From: an uncultured Acidimicrobiaceae bacterium
Lineage (GTDB): Bacteria; Actinomycetota; Acidimicrobiia; Acidimicrobiales; RAAP-2
Length of the DNA: 64,000 nt
NCBI GenBank assembly: GCA_963730395.1
Contig: CAVSSK010000004.1
Coordinates: 194,110-258,109, forward strand
Direction of reading: 5' to 3'
A model generated the notes under the pieces. The model saw only the letters and a list, made by a program, of their open reading frames with translations. It made no database searches and had not been told where the DNA came from. Position 1 is the stretch's first letter, and each line of letters starts with the position of its first letter. Below, piece by piece: positions 59,118 through 64,000 of the stretch. The position numbers and the translations under genes are program-made.

Positions 59118-60021
59118 TCCTCTCGCGCAGGACCCGGGCGAAGGCATCCGCCGCGTCGGGGGCCTCGACGAAGAAGAGCATGGGGTCGAGCAGCTCGAGC
59201 TCGAGCAGCGCCGGCGCGCCGTCCGACCGCTCCACGACGTCGACCCGCGCGTAGGTCGTCGGGCCGAGGCGGTCCTCGGCGGCCGCCAGGGCCCGGCGTC
59301 CCACCGCGAGCTGGGCCGTGGTGGCGGTGGTGCCGGTGACCACTTGGTTCTCGATGAGGCTGTCCACGGCCCCGGTGCCCCGGCGGATCATCGGGCCCTT
59401 GTGGATGGCGTGACTGAAGCGGCCGCCGAGGAAGACGAGTCCGGCCTCACCGGCGACGTCGACGGCCGGCTGGTAGGGCTGGATCATGGCCGTCCGGCCC
59501 GAGCCCACCAGCTCGGCCACGTGCGCTCGGGCCGCATCGTGCTCGCCGGGCTCGTAGCGAGCCGTCCGGTAGCCGCCACCCGACACCGAGGGCTTGACCA
59601 CGATCTCGCCGGCGGGCAGGGCCAGCGCCGAGGGTTCGAGCGGGCCCCCGGCGGGCTCGGCCCACTGCGTCGGCACCGTCGGGACGCCCGCCGCCTCCAG
59701 GTCGCGCAGGTAGCGCTTGTCGAGGTTCCAGTGCAGGGTGGCGGGGGAGTTGACCACCCGCACCCCACCGGCGGCCACGCCGTCCACCCAGTCCAGGAAG
59801 GCCGCGGCATGGTGGATGTTGTCCCACGCCCCGTTGGCCACGACCAGGTCGAAGGCGGACCAGTCCACCGCCGGGTCGCTCCAGACCGCGGTGAGGGCGT
59901 CGACCCCCACCCGCGCCAGCGCGCCCCGGATGAGCGGCCCTTCCTCCAACAGGTCGGGATACTGCGGCGAGGCGGCGAGGGCGACCCGGGGCCGGGCGCC
60001 CGGGGCCCGGGACCCGGTCAC
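59101..60021 (-). CDS. ATP-grasp-domain protein (RimK / glutathione-synthetase-like ligase)
   Basis: 306 aa, ...LDKRYLRDLEAAGVPTVPT..., ...IVVKPSVSGGGYRT..., ...MIQPY... The GTG start directly abuts the upstream stop. Confidence 0.6.
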   Translation of the reverse strand: MTGSRAPGARPRVALAASPQYPDLLEEGPLIRGALARVGVDALTAVWSDPAVDWSAFDLVVANGAWDNIHHAAAFLDWVDGVAAGGVRVVNSPATLHWNLDKRYLRDLEAAGVPTVPTQWAEPAGGPLEPSALALPAGEIVVKPSVSGGGYRTARYEPGEHDAARAHVAELVGSGRTAMIQPYQPAVDVAGEAGLVFLGGRFSHAIHKGPMIRRGTGAVDSLIENQVVTGTTATTAQLAVGRRALAAAEDRLGPTTYARVDVVERSDGAPALLELELLDPMLFFVEAPDAADAFARVLRERISRPG

Positions 60022-61644
60022 TCAGCCCGGGCCGAGCGCGTCGAAGACGAGGTTCGCCAGCGTGTTGATCGTCTCCACGCCGTACCCCTCGCTCGGGTTG
60101 CCGTCGGTGAGGAAGGCGAACACGTAGTTCCGCCCGGCGCCCGCGACGTAGCCGATGCTGTTGACCTGTGCGTCGCCCGGGCCCGGCGTGATGAAGCCGG
60201 TCTTGATGGCGACGCTCCCCGGGGGCGACCCGGCGGGGACACCCCAGACCTGCGTGGGCTCGACGTTGTGCATGAGCGAGAGCCCGTAGGCGCGGGAGGG
60301 GTCGGACAGGATCGGGTTGGGGAAGGCGAAGGTGCGGACGACCTTGACCATGTCGTCGGCGCTCGTGGTCGTGTACGCCCAGCCGAGGTCGGTGGGCGTG
60401 ATCGGGCCCGAGTAGGGCGTGGTCGACTGCAGCCCGAGGTCGCCGTCGAAGGCCGTCAGGCCGGGGGCGCCGCCGATGATGCCCCACATGGAGGTGGCGG
60501 CGTTGTTGTCGCTCACCTCGATCATCGGTGGCATTAGCGCCGCCTGCTGCGCCGGTATGCCGCCCGAGCGCTGGTCGGCGGCCAGCGCGTCCGCCATGAC
60601 GTCGACCTTCACGATGCTGGCGGTCACCTGGGCCTGGCCTGCGTTCAGGTCCCAGGTGACGCCGGTGTTGGCGTCGTAGACGGCCGCCGAGACTGTGTCG
60701 GCCCGCTGGGCCAGGTAGCCACTCACCGCCGGGCCGAAGGGCCACGGCAGGCTGCCGTAGGCCACCCGGTAGCCCGCGCCCGGGGCGGTCCCGGCGGCGG
60801 CGATCCCGACCGCCGGCGCCTGCGCGCCGCTGAGCGCCGAGCCGTCGAAGGGCGCGTCGCCGAAGCCGAAGATCCCACCGTCGGACGCCACGAGCCAGTA
60901 GCCGCCCCCGTCTCCCGTGGCCGCCATGCCGACGATCGGCTGGTTGAGGGGCTGGCCACCCTCCGAGCCGCGGAAGGCGGCGTCGCCGAAGCTGAAGATC
61001 CCACCGTCGCGTGCGACCAGCCAGTAGCCGCCCCCGTCGGGGGTCGCCGCCATGCCGACGATCGGCTGGTTCAGGGGCTCGCCACCCTCCGAGCCGCGGA
61101 AGGCGGCGTCGCCGAAGCTGAAGATCCCACCGTCGCGTGCGACCAGCCAGTAGCCGCCCCCGTCGGGGGTCGCCGCCATGCCGACGATCGGCTGGTTCAG
61201 GGGCTGGCCACCCTCGGAGCCGTCGAAGGGCGCGTCGAAGGCGAAGACCCCGCCGTCGGACGCCACCAGCCAGTACCCACCGGTGGCCGGGTCCTCGGCC
61301 ATCCCGACGACGGGCCGGGCCAGCGTCAGGCCACCGGTGGACCCGTGGAAGGCGGCATCCCCGTAGGAGAACACCCCGCCGTCGGAGGCGACCAGCCAGT
61401 ACCCCCCGCCGTCGGCGGTGCCGGCCAGGGCGACCGGAGGCCGGTTGGGCGCTGCGGCCGAGAGGTCGCCCAGCGAGCCCGCACCGAAGGCCCGGACCGA
61501 GTCGGGGAGGACCGGGGTGTCGGCGCCGCTGGGGGCGGCGGGCACGGTGAAGACCAGGGCGCCCGCCGCGCCGAAGAGGGCGGCCAGCGTCACGGCCAGG
61601 CGCAGTCCGGATCGGGCGGCGCCTCGTTGCGGGCGGATGCTCAA
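60022..61644 (-). CDS. Secreted protein: signal peptide, GYW repeat module, class-A beta-lactamase-like serine hydrolase domain
   Basis: Repeats [24 protein letters not shown] and others. The hydrolase motifs appear in order: S-x-x-K (ASIVK), SDN (EVSDNNAA), KTG (AIKTGF). The TTG start at 61644 overlaps the dppF stop. Confidence 0.7.
   Translation of the reverse strand: MSIRPQRGAARSGLRLAVTLAALFGAAGALVFTVPAAPSGADTPVLPDSVRAFGAGSLGDLSAAAPNRPPVALAGTADGGGYWLVASDGGVFSYGDAAFHGSTGGLTLARPVVGMAEDPATGGYWLVASDGGVFAFDAPFDGSEGGQPLNQPIVGMAATPDGGGYWLVARDGGIFSFGDAAFRGSEGGEPLNQPIVGMAATPDGGGYWLVARDGGIFSFGDAAFRGSEGGQPLNQPIVGMAATGDGGGYWLVASDGGIFGFGDAPFDGSALSGAQAPAVGIAAAGTAPGAGYRVAYGSLPWPFGPAVSGYLAQRADTVSAAVYDANTGVTWDLNAGQAQVTASIVKVDVMADALAADQRSGGIPAQQAALMPPMIEVSDNNAATSMWGIIGGAPGLTAFDGDLGLQSTTPYSGPITPTDLGWAYTTTSADDMVKVVRTFAFPNPILSDPSRAYGLSLMHNVEPTQVWGVPAGSPPGSVAIKTGFITPGPGDAQVNSIGYVAGAGRNYVFAFLTDGNPSEGYGVETINTLANLVFDALGPG
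60955..61206 (-). repeat. Two tandem 126-bp units, 125/126 identical, encoding [42 protein letters not shown] twice
   Basis: Aligned by eye: 60955-61080 versus 61081-61206 differ only at the last base. Confidence 0.85.
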
Positions 61645-62630
61645 CTCCCGATGGGGAAGTGGCAGGCGACCTGGTGGCCGGGCGCGAGGTCCCGCATCTC
61701 GGGGACCTCCTCCGCACAGCGGGCCTCTGCCCGTGGGCAGCGCGTCCGGAAGCGGCACCCCGACGGCGGGTTGATCGGGCTGGGTGGCTCGCCCACCAGG
61801 GGCACCGACGCCCGGGGGGCCTCGGGGTCCGGCTCCACCGCCGAGGCCAGCAACGCCGCCGTGTAGTGGTGGGCCGGCGTCTCGTAGAGGATGTCCGACG
61901 GTGCGATCTCGCACAGGCGGCCGAGGTACATCACGGCGACGCGGTCACTGACGTTCTTGACCACGGCCAGGTCGTGCGCGATGAACAGGACGGTCAGGTT
62001 GTACTCCTGCTTCAGGTCCTCCAGCAGGTTGAGGATCTGGGCCTGCACCGACACGTCCAGGGCGGACACGATCTCGTCGCAGACGAGGAGCTTCGGCTTG
62101 AGCACCAGCGCACGGGCGATGCTGATGCGCTGGCACTGCCCACCCGAGAACTCGCGGGGCCGCCGGCCCCCGTTGAGGTAGGGATCGATGCCGACCGTCT
62201 CGAGCATCTCGTTGGCGGTCTGCCGGCGCTCCTCCTTGGTCCCGATCTTCCAGATGGTCAGGGGCTCCGCCACGATGTCGCAGACCCGACGCCGCGGGTT
62301 CAGCGACGAGATGGGGTCCTGGAAGATCATCTGCACCTGGGTGCGCAGCGTGCGCAGGTCCCCGCGGTTGAGTGCGGTCAGCTCGGTCTCGCCGAAGCGG
62401 ATCTTGCCCGAGGTGGCCCGCTCCACCTGCACCACGGCCCGCCCGGTGGTGGACTTCCCGCACCCGGACTCCCCCACGAGGCCGAGCGTCTCGCCCTGCC
62501 GCATGGAGAAGGTGATGCCCGCCACCGCCTGCACCGTGGTGCTGCCCTTGTGGAAGGAGACGTGGAGGTCCTCGACGGAGAGGAGAGGGTCGGTGGCGAC
62601 CGCGGCGGCCTCGGTGGCGGTGTCCGTCAT
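61641..62630 (-). CDS. dppF: Oligopeptide/dipeptide ABC transporter ATP-binding protein (DppF/OppF type)
   Basis: Walker [10 protein letters not shown], signature [15 protein letters not shown], Walker B LLVCDE, and the C-terminal oligopeptide-transporter extension ...[12 protein letters not shown]... Confidence 0.85.
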   Translation of the reverse strand: MTDTATEAAAVATDPLLSVEDLHVSFHKGSTTVQAVAGITFSMRQGETLGLVGESGCGKSTTGRAVVQVERATSGKIRFGETELTALNRGDLRTLRTQVQMIFQDPISSLNPRRRVCDIVAEPLTIWKIGTKEERRQTANEMLETVGIDPYLNGGRRPREFSGGQCQRISIARALVLKPKLLVCDEIVSALDVSVQAQILNLLEDLKQEYNLTVLFIAHDLAVVKNVSDRVAVMYLGRLCEIAPSDILYETPAHHYTAALLASAVEPDPEAPRASVPLVGEPPSPINPPSGCRFRTRCPRAEARCAEEVPEMRDLAPGHQVACHFPIGS

Positions 62631-63634
62631 ACCGTCACCGTCGCGGGCGCCGCCGACGTCGCCGACGTCAGGGGGAACCAGCAGGCATAGCTGTGCCCGG
62701 GGGCCGCCTCGACGAGCGGTGGCTTCTCCCGGTGGCACTTGTCCTGGGCGTACGGGCAGCGGGGCGAGAACGAGCAGCCGGCAGGGGGGTGGAGGAGGTC
62801 GGGCGGCCTGCCCTCGATTGCGGTCAGGCGCGTATGGCTCGGGTTGGCGATGCGCGGCGTCGACTTGAGGAGCGCCTCGGTGTAGGGCATGGCCATGCTC
62901 TTGAACAGGACGTCGGTCGGGGCGCGCTCCACGACGTTGCCCGCGTACATGACGATGATGTCGTCGGTGCGGGTGGCGACGACGCCGAGGTCGTGCGTCA
63001 CCAGGACCATCGCCATCTCGCGGTCGTGCTGGAGCTGGCCCAGGAGGTCCAGGATCTGCGCCTGCACCGTGACGTCGAGCCCGGTCGTGGGCTCGTCCGC
63101 CATCAGGAGGCGGGGGGCACAGGCGAGCGCGATGGCGATCATGACCCGCTGGCGCATGCCGCCGGAGAGCTGGGCCGGGTAGGACTCGTAGCGCTCCACC
63201 GGCGACGGGATGCCCACCTGCATCAGGAGGGAGAGCGCCGTCTCCTTGGCCTCGCTCTTGGACAGCTTGAGATGGATCTTGAGCGGCTCGGTGATCTGGT
63301 TGCCGATGCGCTGGACCGGGTTGAGCGAGGTCATCGGGTCCTGGAAGACCATCGCGATGTGCGTGCTCCAGAGCTTGCGCAGATCGTCGTTGGGCGCGTT
63401 GAGGATCTCGGTGCCGTTGTAGCGGACCGACCCGGTCTGCGTGGTCGATGACTGCGGCAGCAGCCCCATGATGGCCCGCGACAGCACGGTCTTCCCCGAG
63501 CCGGACTCGCCCACGATCCCGAGCGTCTTGCCCTGGGCCAGGGTGAGCGACACCCCCTGGACGGCCTGCACCGAGCCCCGGCTGGTGGCGAACGAGACGT
63601 GCAGGTCCTCGACCTCGAGGAGGGTGGCGCTCAC
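62627..63634 (-). CDS. dppD: Oligopeptide/dipeptide ABC transporter ATP-binding protein (DppD/OppD type)
   Basis: [36 protein letters not shown], ...[12 protein letters not shown]... ATGA overlap with dppF and GTGA overlap with the permease gene. Confidence 0.85.
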   Translation of the reverse strand: MSATLLEVEDLHVSFATSRGSVQAVQGVSLTLAQGKTLGIVGESGSGKTVLSRAIMGLLPQSSTTQTGSVRYNGTEILNAPNDDLRKLWSTHIAMVFQDPMTSLNPVQRIGNQITEPLKIHLKLSKSEAKETALSLLMQVGIPSPVERYESYPAQLSGGMRQRVMIAIALACAPRLLMADEPTTGLDVTVQAQILDLLGQLQHDREMAMVLVTHDLGVVATRTDDIIVMYAGNVVERAPTDVLFKSMAMPYTEALLKSTPRIANPSHTRLTAIEGRPPDLLHPPAGCSFSPRCPYAQDKCHREKPPLVEAAPGHSYACWFPLTSATSAAPATVTV

Positions 63635-64000
63635 AGCTTGATCTCGGAGACGTCGAAGTAGGCGCGCAGCTGGTCGGCGACAACGTTGAGGCTGATCAGC
63701 AGCAAGAACATGGCACTGGCCGGGAAGATGACGAGCCACGGGTTCGTCTGCCCCTTGGCGCCGGTCAGCAGGCTCGAGCCCTCGTTGAGCATGTTGCCCC
63801 AGCTCGGCGTGGGGGGCGGCACCGACAGGCCCAAGAAGGCCAGCGAGCCCTCGAGGACGATGATGGTGGCGACGGCGATCAGGCCGAACGACACGATGGT
63901 CGGCATGATGTTGGGCAGGATCTCGCGGGTCAGGATGCGTGTGTCGCTGGCACCGAGCGCCTTGGCGGCCAGGACGAAGTCGCGCGTGGCGTACGACAGG
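63631..64000 (-). CDS. dppC: ABC transporter permease (DppC/OppC type), 3' part only; continues beyond the window
   Basis: ...ILPNIMPTIVSFGLIAVATIIVLEGSLAFLGLSVPPPTPSWGNML... Confidence 0.8.
   Translation of the reverse strand, partial: LSYATRDFVLAAKALGASDTRILTREILPNIMPTIVSFGLIAVATIIVLEGSLAFLGLSVPPPTPSWGNMLNEGSSLLTGAKGQTNPWLVIFPASAMFLLLISLNVVADQLRAYFDVSEIKL

Overview
High-GC actinobacterial chromosome segment. One 60-nt line in hisD that I counted is 51/60 G+C. Actinobacterial origin is supported by mycothiol synthase mshD, a translationally coupled his-trp supra-operon, and pdtaR-polA-rpsA synteny. Core content, in order: membrane proteins and a GT2/two-component cluster; menF-menG plus a frameshifted MaoC hydratase; VIT1, mshD and nth; a VapBC-like pair; hisDCBHAF, a GroES-like gene, hisI, trpE, a YgfZ-like gene, trpCFBA; a fabD-fabG-acpP-fabF operon; menC; pdtaR; polA; rpsA; and a dppCDF-linked operon. 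Three things stand out. (1) A ~6.8-kb gene encodes a secreted S53 (sedolisin) peptidase. It has a ~330-aa YVTN-type beta-propeller inserted inside the catalytic domain, then ~12 MBG-type repeats, a poly-Pro linker and a C-terminal 'GYWLVxSDGGxFxFG' repeat module. The same module recurs on a class-A beta-lactamase-like hydrolase at 60-61.6 kb. The true reading frame of the big gene changes three times. (2) A lower-GC ~11.4-kb island (one line I counted is 27/60 G+C) lies next to tRNA-Leu(CAA). It is bounded by a 22-bp direct repeat of the tRNA 3' end and has no integrase. It carries IS256- and IS110-family elements (both transposases frameshifted), stress-type small genes and a 141-nt poly-C tract. 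(3) fabD carries a C-terminal BCCP/lipoyl-like domain that lacks the carrier lysine. Caveat: I found six single-site frame disruptions and one in-frame stop, mostly in repetitive or mobile DNA. Assembly or polishing error is a serious alternative to real pseudogenisation. I recognised no rRNA genes and no CRISPR array.
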